Assembly (NCBI GenBank): GCA_964474885.1
Contig: CAYYWO010000002.1
Coordinates: 1 to 60,198, forward strand
DNA: 60,198 nucleotides
Direction of reading: 5' to 3'
Source: Candidatus Hadarchaeota archaeon
Lineage (GTDB): Archaea; Hadarchaeota; Hadarchaeia; Hadarchaeales; JAWBSP01
The position numbers and the translations under genes were made by a program. The first letter of the stretch is position 1. Every line of letters starts with the position of its first letter. Under the pieces are notes generated by a model. The model had not been told where the DNA came from and did not search any database. It saw only the letters and a list, made by a program, of their open reading frames with translations. Below are positions 38,986 through 47,959 of this stretch, piece by piece.

Positions 38986-39212
38986 TGCTCCTCCTCGAGC
39001 TTTTCAAGCAAGGACTTTGCTTCTAAGCGGATGAAGAACGATGTCCCTCAACAACGGGTCATCTGGGGCATAATCTCATCCACCTTGCTGATCACCAACT
39101 CCTTTCCCCGTCTCTTTACGATTAAAGGCTGCTTCGGCTTTAATCTCCACGCTTTGCGCACTTCGCGTGGCAGTACTATCCTTCCTTTTTCATCAACTCT
39201 GACTAAGGTCAT
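38973..39212 (-). pseudogene. AbrB/MazE-type antitoxin, C-terminus frameshifted
   Basis: VRVDEKGRIVLPREVR; the continuation DPLLRDIV..LEKLEEEQW lies in other frames. Confidence 0.65.
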
Positions 39213-39273
39213 TTTCCCACTTAAAAGTGGGATTTTTCCCATTTCAGTTTTTGCTTGCTGAGCGCTATGCTAG

Positions 39274-40077
39274 ATGAGGCTACGCCGATACGTTGCGGAC
39301 ATGATCAAGCTGGCACAGACTCAGCTACCAGCCGATGTACGGAAGGAGCTCGAGCGAGCCAGCAGGATTGAAACCAGCAAAATAGCGAGAGTACAACTGG
39401 AGTGCATGCTGAAGAACTTGGAGGTGGCATCAGAGAAAAGGGCGCCCATTTGCCAGGACACGGGCGCCCTTTGCTTCTTCGTCCGGGGGTTCCAAGGGGA
39501 CATCCTCAAAGAGATCCGGGAAGGTGTGAGGATAGCCTCCTCGGAGATCCCCCTGAGGCAGAACATGGTCGACCCGGAGACCTCCCGGCAGGAGCTCTGG
39601 TTTTCGGCTTATTTTGAACCGGGCAAGGAGAAGGGTATAGACCTGCTGGTGAGGGGGGCGGGAGCCGAGAACTGGAGCAGACTGTACATGCTCAAACCAG
39701 AGAGACTTGAGTCCGTGGTGGACCTGATCCTTTCGCTCCTCAAGGAGGCCGGGGGAAATGCCTGCCCACCCGTCATCGTGGGCATCGGGATAGGCGGGAC
39801 CGCGGATGTTGCGTGCCTCCTTTCTAGGAAGGCTCTGCTGAGGCCCCTGGACGAACCTAGCCAGCTGGGAGAGCTGGAGGAGCGGATAAGGACCGAGGCA
39901 AACAAACTAGGGATAGGTCCCATGGGATTGGGAGGGAAGACCACCGTTCTGGGAGTGAGGGCACTGAAGGCACCGTGCCACCGCGCCACCCTCCCGGTCG
40001 CCATAAGCCTGCAGTGCTGGGTGGCGAGGAGGGCCCACCTGAGGTTCAGAGGGAGGAAGATTGAAGTTTTCCAATGA
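39274..40077 (+). CDS. Class I fumarate/tartrate hydratase alpha subunit
   Basis: PICQDTG, GAGAEN, ACPP, GIGPMGLGG. Confidence 0.9.
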   Translation: MRLRRYVADMIKLAQTQLPADVRKELERASRIETSKIARVQLECMLKNLEVASEKRAPICQDTGALCFFVRGFQGDILKEIREGVRIASSEIPLRQNMVDPETSRQELWFSAYFEPGKEKGIDLLVRGAGAENWSRLYMLKPERLESVVDLILSLLKEAGGNACPPVIVGIGIGGTADVACLLSRKALLRPLDEPSQLGELEERIRTEANKLGIGPMGLGGKTTVLGVRALKAPCHRATLPVAISLQCWVARRAHLRFRGRKIEVFQ

Positions 40078-40610
40078 GAGAGCTGAGACTCCCCCCATCC
40101 GAGGAGGAGTTGCGGAGCTTGAGAGCAGGGGAGTTTATCTCGGTGACCGGACGGGTGTTCACCGCGAGGGATAGGACGTACATGCGGATCCTCCAGCTCC
40201 TGGAAAGTGGGGAGAAATTGCCCGTCGACCTCCGGGGACAGTTCATTTACCACTGCGGACCCATCGTGAGGAAAAACATGCATGGTTACCAAGTCATCTC
40301 CGCCGGTCCGACCACGAGCTCAAGAATGGATGACGTGCAGGTGAAGTTCGTCCAATCCACAGGGATCAGGGGCCTCATAGGGAAGGGGCGGATTGACAAG
40401 AAAGTTGCCAAGCAAATATCACGGCTGGGATGCATATACTTGACCTTCACGGGTGGGGCCGGGGCGCTGGCGGCTAGCATGGTGGAAGGTGTGGAGGAGG
40501 TAATCTGGGAGGAGTTAGGGCCTGAGGCCATGTGGGTCCTCAGGGTGAAGCAGTTCGGACCCCTGCTGGTCACCCTAGACCTCAGGGGAAAAGGCCTTAG
40601 GGTTTTATAA
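40074..40610 (+). CDS. Class I fumarate/tartrate hydratase beta subunit
   Basis: TARD, YHCGP, GPTTSSRM, IGKG. Confidence 0.9.
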   Translation: MRELRLPPSEEELRSLRAGEFISVTGRVFTARDRTYMRILQLLESGEKLPVDLRGQFIYHCGPIVRKNMHGYQVISAGPTTSSRMDDVQVKFVQSTGIRGLIGKGRIDKKVAKQISRLGCIYLTFTGGAGALAASMVEGVEEVIWEELGPEAMWVLRVKQFGPLLVTLDLRGKGLRVL

Positions 40611-40656
40611 AAAGAGGTTTACTTTAATCGGCTGGCAGGGGTGTGGGAGGAAAAGC

Positions 40657-41433
40657 TTGAGATCCACACCCCTACAGGGAAAGGCTAGTTGGATTAGAAG
40701 GATCCCGGAACTGGCCAAGCATGCGAAATTGGTTTACTTTGTTGAAGAGCCAACCAGTATGCGGATCCCCAAGGGTTCGCTGGTCTTCACTTGCAACAGG
40801 GAGGTCGCGAAGTCCCTACGGTCCTCCATCCTCATAGACTCTAGTTTTCCGGGAAAAGAGGAGCTTTACGACCACATCCTCTACGAAGGGTGCAGACTCG
40901 GCAAGCTACGCCCTGGGGACTGGGTGATCATCTCCCATCTGAACGGTGGGGATGGGGACTCCATAACGCAGAAGAAAGTGCCCGACTGGATCGTTCTCCT
41001 CGTCCGGCCGCCTGTCTTTGAAACCATACAATTCGCAAAGATCCTGTCCCGGGAGGGCATAGGGGCTTCCTTCCTCATCGGGGATGAAAGGCGGCTTAGA
41101 AGGGTGGTGAAGAGGAGGATCCTGCGGTTCAATCCGTTCAGGGGGAACGAGGTGCTCATAACCCGGCACGAGTACTGGCAGGATCTGAAGTTCTTCGCCA
41201 AGCTGGACGGAGCCTTCCTCATCGATCCCCAGGGCAGAGTAATAGACTGCGCCGTGCAGCTGGACTTGGGGGAGGTCGAGATCGAGCTGAGCGGAGGGAC
41301 CAGGCATTATGCCGTCGCCTCCGCAACTAGAGCGGCCGGATGCACGGGGGTTGTCGTCTCCGAGGAAAACAAAACGATCAGCATTTTCCAAGAGGGAAGG
41401 AGAGTCCTCCAAATAGGACCACTAAAAAAATAA
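40657..41433 (+). CDS. Diadenylate cyclase (DacZ-like)
   Basis: EGIGASFLIGD, LDGAF, GTRH, VVVSEE. Confidence 0.8.
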   Translation: MRSTPLQGKASWIRRIPELAKHAKLVYFVEEPTSMRIPKGSLVFTCNREVAKSLRSSILIDSSFPGKEELYDHILYEGCRLGKLRPGDWVIISHLNGGDGDSITQKKVPDWIVLLVRPPVFETIQFAKILSREGIGASFLIGDERRLRRVVKRRILRFNPFRGNEVLITRHEYWQDLKFFAKLDGAFLIDPQGRVIDCAVQLDLGEVEIELSGGTRHYAVASATRAAGCTGVVVSEENKTISIFQEGRRVLQIGPLKK

Positions 41434-41443
41434 AAACAAAAAA
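41424..41443 (-). terminator. Oligo-T terminator of the surface protein gene
   Basis: A-tracts AAAAAATAAAAACAAAAAA on the + strand just downstream of the minus-strand stop at 41473. Confidence 0.45.
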
Positions 41444-41472
41444 CTGCAAATCAAACCGGTTTTGCCGTCCGC

Positions 41473-44352
41473 CTACCTCCTCCTGAAGATGGCGACTGCA
41501 GCCAGGATGAGTGCGATGATCACTAGGATGGTGGCATAAGTTGCCCAAGGTGTCACGGTGCGTGTCACTGTCAGTGTCTCGATGTCAGACTGGTTGCCCA
41601 CCTTGTCGGTAGCTCTCAAGGTGATCACGTTGACGTCTGGCTGCAATGGCACAGATACTGAGAAGCTCCCGTCCGCATTGATCGGCACCTGCGTGGAGAA
41701 CGTGCCGCACTGAACGGTCAAAACTATCTCATCGTAGGTCTCCCAGTCGTCCTTTGCAACGGTACCCTTGACCACTATAGTTGACTTATCAGTCTTCACC
41801 TCCTTGGTGGTGGGTTCGGTTATCGTTACGCTAGGCTTGCTCGCATCCACGAACACCGTTCCGAAGGTCTCCAAGCTGCTCTCGTTTCCGGCTGTGTCGA
41901 TGAGCTTGGCCGTTATCGTCAGGGCCTGACCCTGCGTCAGGTTGGACAGGGTAACGCTCCACTTGCCGTCGGATCCCACAGTCACTGACCGAACCTCCTG
42001 CCCGTTGATGTAGATCTTCAAGGTTGCACCAGGTTCTCCCGTCCCTTCCAGCGTTAGGGTGGCCTGCCTCATGGTGTACGGTGAGGCTGGTGTGGTCCCC
42101 AGTAGCGGGCTCCAGCTTGGAATAGTGGGAGCAGACGGTGGCTCGGCGTCCACAGTGAACTCGATGTTCTCCATTACCCTGTGCGGGGCCTTGCCCTCTC
42201 TGGAACTCATGGAGTCCCCAGCGAATACCACTAGGTTAAACTTCACCACACCTGTTAGCGTTCCCAGTGAGAAGGTGTTCTCGAAGGTGTAGGGTGCCGT
42301 TATGCCGAAGACATTCGAAACCACGTTCTCGATGTTCTCGACCTTCGGGTGGGTCTTTGGTGTTAGGATTACCGGTTGGGCTTTACCTTCTATGTAGAGA
42401 GCCACCACGTAGCCCCTGTCGAAGTTCTCATTATCCAAGTAGTTATCAAGAATATTTTCATTGCAGAAGTTCTCGATGCCAAGAACAGTATCCCTGAAGT
42501 TCACAGTGATGGTTATCTTGTTGTCCGGCACATCCTTCTTACCCAAGAGGGCGCCTGGCTCGGGTGAGATCACGTTTATGACCGGCGGGCTGAGATCTAT
42601 GTACACGTTTTCCACGTTTTCCTCTCCCACGTTCCCTGCCTTGTCTATGATCCTCGCCCCGATGGTGTGCTTGCCCTCCGTTAGGGTAAGGGTAAAGCTC
42701 ACCAAGCCCGTGGGGCTGGCCTTGCCGCTTGCAGCAACCGTGTTGTCCACCAGCACCTCGAGCAGGAGGTTCTCTGGCGAGTAACCTGGCGGTGTCCACA
42801 CTAAGCTGTCGTGGTTTTCATTGAGGGTTGCCGAAATCGACCAAGTCGACTTGTCCTGGATGCCTATTGGAATGCCCAAGGACATCAGGTCCGGCGGGCC
42901 AGGGGCCCGGCGGTCGACGAACACCAGCTTGTCCTTCTTTATGGTCGAAACGGTGTTTCCGACTTCGTCCCTAGGGTTGATCACCTCAATGGTCAGGTAA
43001 CCATCTCTGTTCTCGTTCTCCCCCGTGGTGTAAACGCCGATATAGGTCTTGTTGTCTGTGGTTGTCATCTCTATCACGACGTTCTCGCCCCTGTTCTCCC
43101 GCACGATAACGTTGTCGAACCAGAAGACTTCATCCGAGCTAACCGTGATGGTGATGTTCTCGTCCTTACCTACCCAAGTCTTGTCCACTTCCACGTTGAC
43201 GGTTAAAGAGTTGTCTACGGTTATCTGGAAGGCCCACTCCTTGGGAAGACCGGTGATGTCTACAGTTTGGACGTAGAAAGTGTAGGTTCCGGCAGCGGAT
43301 GGACCTGTGATGGCGAAGGGGAAGCTCAAGTTCTCGCCCGCGGCGATCTTATTATCTCCTATCCCTGTCCAAGTTCTGTTGTCGGGGTCCTGCATCCAGC
43401 CCTCAGGAACGTTATCGACAGCGCTCGCCTCCACCCTGGTATCCCTCAATCTAATCACTTTTGTGTTCTCTGCTATCTTAACCTTCAGGGAACCCAGAAT
43501 TCCTACCACAGTGTCAGGCGGTATCACCACGATGCCCTCCACCAGCTCCACTACCTCCCCTGCCATGGAAACTCCAGCAAGGGAAGGACTGGTGGTGAGG
43601 CTAGAAGAAACGCACCTGAAGTGGTTGTCGCTCACTACCCTCACCTTGATCCCAGCAGCAACGGCTAGGTTCTCGTTCTCCCTCCAGTTCTCGTTTGGTG
43701 CCACAACTTGTGCCAGCAGGTTCTCCGGCAAGCGGAGTACATTTTCACCGGTATCGAGGATGGCCAAGGTGTCTTGCAGGAGCCTGAGTCGGTTGTCGCT
43801 CACTAGGGCAACGGTCAGGGGTTGCGAAACTTTCAGGTTCTCCAAGTTATCGGTCATCAACTTTTCGTTTAGTAAATTCTCCACATTCTCCGTGTAGTAA
43901 TTCCCTATGGGCTCCATGATGGCGTTTTCCATCAACTGATAGCGTGTGCCACCAAAGTAGAAGTTCTCATATTTGGGGATTATTACGTCCGTGTTTTCGA
44001 AGATAATGAAATTGTCGGCGTTGTCAAGCTCTACCTCCACAATGGTGCCGGCCGGTAGAAGCACCAAGTTGTCATCGACTAAATAGACTATGTTGTCTTT
44101 CGGCACCTTTTTTAGGGGTGCAAAGCCATCCCACCCTGAAGGTAGCCTCGCCAGAGTAACTTGCTTTATAGCGTCCGAACCCTCAGCATTAGCGATTGTG
44201 ATGGTTAGAATCCCTTTCCAACCTCCCTTCACCTTGGTCCGGTCGGGGGTCACAGTGACTGTGTGAGCTGCTGACGCTGTCCCTGTGAACATGAATGCCG
44301 CTACCTGTGCTAACAAGACGGCTGCAATCGCCACTGCCACGTGTCCCTTCAT
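41473..44352 (-). CDS. Large secreted surface (probable S-layer) protein with Ig-like domains and a C-terminal TM anchor
   Basis: Signal peptide (ASA|A); repeated DxxGN Ig-like motifs; C-terminal TM plus RRR; strong BRE/TATA and GGGGGTGA RBS. Confidence 0.85.
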   Translation of the reverse strand: MKGHVAVAIAAVLLAQVAAFMFTGTASAAHTVTVTPDRTKVKGGWKGILTITIANAEGSDAIKQVTLARLPSGWDGFAPLKKVPKDNIVYLVDDNLVLLPAGTIVEVELDNADNFIIFENTDVIIPKYENFYFGGTRYQLMENAIMEPIGNYYTENVENLLNEKLMTDNLENLKVSQPLTVALVSDNRLRLLQDTLAILDTGENVLRLPENLLAQVVAPNENWRENENLAVAAGIKVRVVSDNHFRCVSSSLTTSPSLAGVSMAGEVVELVEGIVVIPPDTVVGILGSLKVKIAENTKVIRLRDTRVEASAVDNVPEGWMQDPDNRTWTGIGDNKIAAGENLSFPFAITGPSAAGTYTFYVQTVDITGLPKEWAFQITVDNSLTVNVEVDKTWVGKDENITITVSSDEVFWFDNVIVRENRGENVVIEMTTTDNKTYIGVYTTGENENRDGYLTIEVINPRDEVGNTVSTIKKDKLVFVDRRAPGPPDLMSLGIPIGIQDKSTWSISATLNENHDSLVWTPPGYSPENLLLEVLVDNTVAASGKASPTGLVSFTLTLTEGKHTIGARIIDKAGNVGEENVENVYIDLSPPVINVISPEPGALLGKKDVPDNKITITVNFRDTVLGIENFCNENILDNYLDNENFDRGYVVALYIEGKAQPVILTPKTHPKVENIENVVSNVFGITAPYTFENTFSLGTLTGVVKFNLVVFAGDSMSSREGKAPHRVMENIEFTVDAEPPSAPTIPSWSPLLGTTPASPYTMRQATLTLEGTGEPGATLKIYINGQEVRSVTVGSDGKWSVTLSNLTQGQALTITAKLIDTAGNESSLETFGTVFVDASKPSVTITEPTTKEVKTDKSTIVVKGTVAKDDWETYDEIVLTVQCGTFSTQVPINADGSFSVSVPLQPDVNVITLRATDKVGNQSDIETLTVTRTVTPWATYATILVIIALILAAVAIFRRR

Positions 44353-44392
44353 TCTTCACCCCCTTTTTGTTTTGCAAACCAACGTATAAGTC

Positions 44393-44407
44393 TATTTAAG
44401 CCTTTCG
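44393..44407 (-). promoter_or_regulatory. BRE/TATA promoter of the surface protein gene
   Basis: CGAAAGG-CTTAAATA on the minus strand about 40 nt upstream of the ATG; RBS GGGGGTGA at 44356-44363. Confidence 0.6.
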
Positions 44408-44500
44408 TTTTCCGTCGAAAAACATCGGAAGCTATTTCGAAAAAATCTGGAGAATCTACACGGATGGAGAAACGTTAATTCGCTTTTCGCCGAAGCTTCG

Positions 44501-44896
44501 ATGAAACCGCAAAGAGTAGTGACCTGCTTCCTCGAGAGGGAAGGAAAAGTCCTCCTCCTGAAGCGGAGCGGGAAGGTCGGCACTTACCGGGGGAAGTGGG
44601 GGGCTGCCGCCGGTTACATAAGAGAGGGCGAGTCCCCGCTGCAGGCCGCAATAAGAGAAGCAAGGGAGGAAACGGGAGTTGAAGAGCTGGAACTCGTGAA
44701 GGAAGGTGAGCCCTTCGCCTTCACTGACCCGGATATCGGTGTGACATGGCAGGTCCACCCCTTTAGGTTCAAGTGGGTGAGAGGGGAAGTCAAGATCAGC
44801 TGGGAGCACACAGAGTACAGGTGGGTAGATCCGGCTGACATGGAGAAGCTGGACACCGTCCCCAAGCTAACCGAAAGCTGGCGCAGAGTGAAATAA
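44501..44896 (+). CDS. NUDIX hydrolase
   Basis: Nudix box AGYIREGESPLQAAIREAREETG. Confidence 0.92.
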   Translation: MKPQRVVTCFLEREGKVLLLKRSGKVGTYRGKWGAAAGYIREGESPLQAAIREAREETGVEELELVKEGEPFAFTDPDIGVTWQVHPFRFKWVRGEVKISWEHTEYRWVDPADMEKLDTVPKLTESWRRVK

Positions 44897-44914
44897 ATCA
44901 CCGAGGAACAGAAA

Positions 44915-45079
44915 ATGGGACTCATCTGCTCATGCTGCAACCGCCCTGTCGGGAGCGGGGAAATTGCGACTAGGTTCCCTTGCCCCAACTGCGGCCAATT
45001 CGAGATCGTGCGTTGCCAGACCTGCAAGAAGATCTCCAACACTTACAGGTGCCCGAGATGCGGGTTTGAGGGACCATGA
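44915..45079 (+). CDS. Small Zn-ribbon protein (DUF1610/HVO_2753-like), missing from the ORF track
   Basis: CSCC..FPCPNCG..RCQTC..YRCPRCGFEGP; typical position upstream of aEF-1beta. Confidence 0.9.
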   Translation: MGLICSCCNRPVGSGEIATRFPCPNCGQFEIVRCQTCKKISNTYRCPRCGFEGP

Positions 45080-45330
45080 GCAAGGTAGCCGTGCTCTTGC
45101 GGGTGCTCCCAGAAGGAACGGAAGTGAACCTAGACGAGCTTGAGAAGCGGGTGAGGGAGCTGGCAGAAGTGAAGGACATCTCCAGGGAGCCCATCGCCTT
45201 CGGCCTGGAGGCCCTGAAAGTGCTCGCCCTGGTTCCGGACGCGGAAGGGGGCTCGGAAGAGCTCGAAAGGCGCCTCTCATCTCTCAAAGGCGTATCCTCG
45301 GTTGAAGTGATCGGGGTTACCCTGGTGTAA
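45076..45330 (+). CDS. ef1b: Elongation factor 1-beta
   Basis: VLPEGTEVNL, EPIAFGLEAL. Confidence 0.92.
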   Translation: MSKVAVLLRVLPEGTEVNLDELEKRVRELAEVKDISREPIAFGLEALKVLALVPDAEGGSEELERRLSSLKGVSSVEVIGVTLV

Positions 45331-45336
45331 TTTTTG

Positions 45337-46605
45337 ATGAGGCTCCACGTCGGAATCGACGACACGGACTCCAAGGAGGGCATGTGCACGACCTACGTGG
45401 GTGCAGTGTGCATCAGGAGGTTAAAGGACTGCGCCAGGTTGCTGGATCACCCGAAGCTCATCCGCCTGAATCCCAACTGCCCCTTCAAGACCAGGGGTAA
45501 CTGCTCGATCTCCTTCTCCGTCGAAACAGAGAACCCGCGGGAGGTGAAGCGGATCGTCCTGGAGACGGTCGAGGAGCTGGCCGAAAAGGATCCAAGCACG
45601 GAGAGCGGGGTGGTTTTCGTCGAAAGGGGCTTGGAAAGGCTGAGAGCCTATGCCCGCAGGGTCGTGAGGGAGCTCGTCAGCCTAGAGGAAGCCGAAAAGC
45701 TCGCAGCAAGCATCGGAGCGGAGGTCTACAAGTGGAGGGGAGAAGGGAGGGGGATAGTAGGCGCCCTCGCGGCCGTGGGGCACCCTCTCGATGGGGACTT
45801 CACCTTCGAGCTGCTCGCCTACCGGCGGAGAGAGTGGTGGGGGAAGCCCAGGCAGATCGACCCTGACTCGGTGGCTGAAATGGACAGGAGGACCTTCCCC
45901 CGTACCTTCGACAACCTGGATCCAACGACCGGGGAGATCAGAATCACCCCGCACACACCCTGCCCCGTGCTCTACGGCATAAGGGGGGAGAGTGCGGAGG
46001 CTGTGCTGGAGGCCCACCGCATGGTGAGGACCCTCGAACCCGTCGATTTCTTCCAGATATACAAGACCAATCAGGGGACGGATGAGCACCTGATCGAGGT
46101 ATCCAGCCTCAAAGAAGTCCGCCCGCTCATGTCCGTGATCGCCGAGGGAGAAGTTTCGAAAAACCCGAGGATAATCAAAGGTGGTCACGTGATCTTTTCC
46201 ATATCTGACGGATCCGCGGAGCTGGACTGCGCAGCCTACGAGCCCACGAGAGAATTCAGGGAGGTAGCGCTGAAGCTGCACGCGGGGGATAGGGTCAGGG
46301 TTTACGGTGCTGCAAAGCAAAGAGAAGGTCTGCCTCTCACGATAAACCTGGAAAAGCTCGAAGTCGTAAAAGTGGGGAAGCTGTTCAGAAAGCTCAACCC
46401 GACCTGCCCCTCCTGCAGGAGGAGGATGAAGTCCCAAGGGGAAGGGAAGGGGTACCGGTGCCCGAGATGCGGGGAGGAACTACCACCGGGAAGTGAAAGA
46501 TACGTGGAGGTCGAGAGGGATCTCCGGGAGGGGATCTACGAGGTACCGCCCCGGGCACGGAGGCATCTCTCAAAACCCTTGGTTAGGATGGGGAGAGTTT
46601 ATTGA
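45337..46605 (+). CDS. tiaS: tRNA(Ile2) agmatinylcytidine synthase
   Basis: GIDDTDS..GMCTT, RLNPN..KTRGN, TNQGTD, ARRHLSKP. Confidence 0.93.
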   Translation: MRLHVGIDDTDSKEGMCTTYVGAVCIRRLKDCARLLDHPKLIRLNPNCPFKTRGNCSISFSVETENPREVKRIVLETVEELAEKDPSTESGVVFVERGLERLRAYARRVVRELVSLEEAEKLAASIGAEVYKWRGEGRGIVGALAAVGHPLDGDFTFELLAYRRREWWGKPRQIDPDSVAEMDRRTFPRTFDNLDPTTGEIRITPHTPCPVLYGIRGESAEAVLEAHRMVRTLEPVDFFQIYKTNQGTDEHLIEVSSLKEVRPLMSVIAEGEVSKNPRIIKGGHVIFSISDGSAELDCAAYEPTREFREVALKLHAGDRVRVYGAAKQREGLPLTINLEKLEVVKVGKLFRKLNPTCPSCRRRMKSQGEGKGYRCPRCGEELPPGSERYVEVERDLREGIYEVPPRARRHLSKPLVRMGRVY

Positions 46606-47141
46606 TCGTCGGTTTAGACCTGGCTGGCTCACCAGAAAGGCCGACCGGCGTGGCCTTCTTGGAGAGGCGCCTGCAGACCTGCACACTCTTCCAGGACGAG
46701 GAGATAATTGTTGCCTGTCAGGACACCAAACTGGTGGCGATAGATGCCCCTCTGAGCCTGCCGAAGAAAGGCGCCCTGAGAAAATGCGACCGAGACCTCA
46801 TAAGGATGGGATACAGGGTTCTCCCGCCCCTGCTCGGGGGCATGCGGGCCCTCACCCTCAGGGGGATCAGGCTCGCACGTCTTATAAGGAAAAGCGGGAC
46901 GGAGGTGATCGAGATCCACCCGAGGACCTCCGCCCTGATACTCTTCGGGGAGGAGGACAGGAAGAAGTGGCTCAGACATCTGGAAAAGCTGGGTGGGCGA
47001 CCGAGAAACAAGCACGAAATCGATGCAGCCGTGGCCGCGCTCACCGGAAAGCTGTTCCTCGAGAAGAAGACCAGAAATGTGGGGCGAATCGTCATCCCCT
47101 TGAGCGATCGTCCTTCGTCCCCGCGGAGAGGGCCGAGGTGA
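46602..47141 (+). CDS. DUF429 RNase H-fold protein
   Basis: VGLDLAG, AIDAPLSLP, IEIHP, HEIDA. Confidence 0.8.
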   Translation: MIVGLDLAGSPERPTGVAFLERRLQTCTLFQDEEIIVACQDTKLVAIDAPLSLPKKGALRKCDRDLIRMGYRVLPPLLGGMRALTLRGIRLARLIRKSGTEVIEIHPRTSALILFGEEDRKKWLRHLEKLGGRPRNKHEIDAAVAALTGKLFLEKKTRNVGRIVIPLSDRPSSPRRGPR

Positions 47142-47955
47142 TCCTGGCCAGACTGGAATACACGAGGCCCGTCCTCGACGCAAGATTTCTCAGGGAGATC
47201 CGGTAGCCTGCTTCCTTGGCAGCCCTGTAGATCGCCGCACCCGCCACCACGGCGGGGGATTTGCCCCTTATTTTCACACAGAGTTCCCTCGCCCTGCACC
47301 TCACCCCTGCCGGGAGGCCCAGCATGCTCGCATACCTGTCCAGATAGTTCAGAACTGGAGTCGGCTGCAGTCTTATCCCAAGCTCCCGCGAAAGCAGGTG
47401 TGCGAATCTCCTCAGCCTCTTCTTCAGCCTTGGGCGGTGCCCGGGGAGCAACTTCAGGAACTCGTCCTCGCGGAGCGGATAGCCCCTCTCCTTGCATACC
47501 AAGTAGCAGACTGCCAAGCAAAGCAGGCTCTGACTCCTGCCTGCCGTCAGCCCTCTTGCCCTCGCCCTCCGGTAAAGCAGGCAGGCTTCTCGGTAAAGGG
47601 AGGCGGGGAGGTTCAGCTTCCTGCAGAGGTCGGAAATGGTCAGGAGAGCTGACCTGAGGGTCCTTTGATCCCACCTCTCCGCCCTCGATCTTTCCTGCTG
47701 GCACTTCATCCTCCTCAGCTTCGCCCTCAGGCTTGGGGGCAGATCCCTCGGTATGGAAAACTGCGAACCCAAGCCGAAATCGTGGATGGTTGGATCCTCA
47801 CCCGCCACAGGATCACATGTCCTTCTTCTCCCCTGTCGCTTCAGCTCGGGCTCGGAGATCCTTTCCAGTATGACCAAGCCACACCTAGTGCAGATCTGCT
47901 CACCCCTCACGCTGTCGTAGAAGACGGACGGGGAGCCGCACTGGGGGCACCGCAT
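47092..47955 (-). CDS. tfb: Divergent transcription factor B paralogue
   Basis: CPQC..GEQICTRCGLV Zn ribbon, TIHDFGLGS, two cyclin repeats, GRS and GKSP motifs. Confidence 0.8.
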   Translation of the reverse strand: MRCPQCGSPSVFYDSVRGEQICTRCGLVILERISEPELKRQGRRRTCDPVAGEDPTIHDFGLGSQFSIPRDLPPSLRAKLRRMKCQQERSRAERWDQRTLRSALLTISDLCRKLNLPASLYREACLLYRRARARGLTAGRSQSLLCLAVCYLVCKERGYPLREDEFLKLLPGHRPRLKKRLRRFAHLLSRELGIRLQPTPVLNYLDRYASMLGLPAGVRCRARELCVKIRGKSPAVVAGAAIYRAAKEAGYRISLRNLASRTGLVYSSLARITSALSAGTKDDRSRG

Positions 47956-47959
47956 GGTT

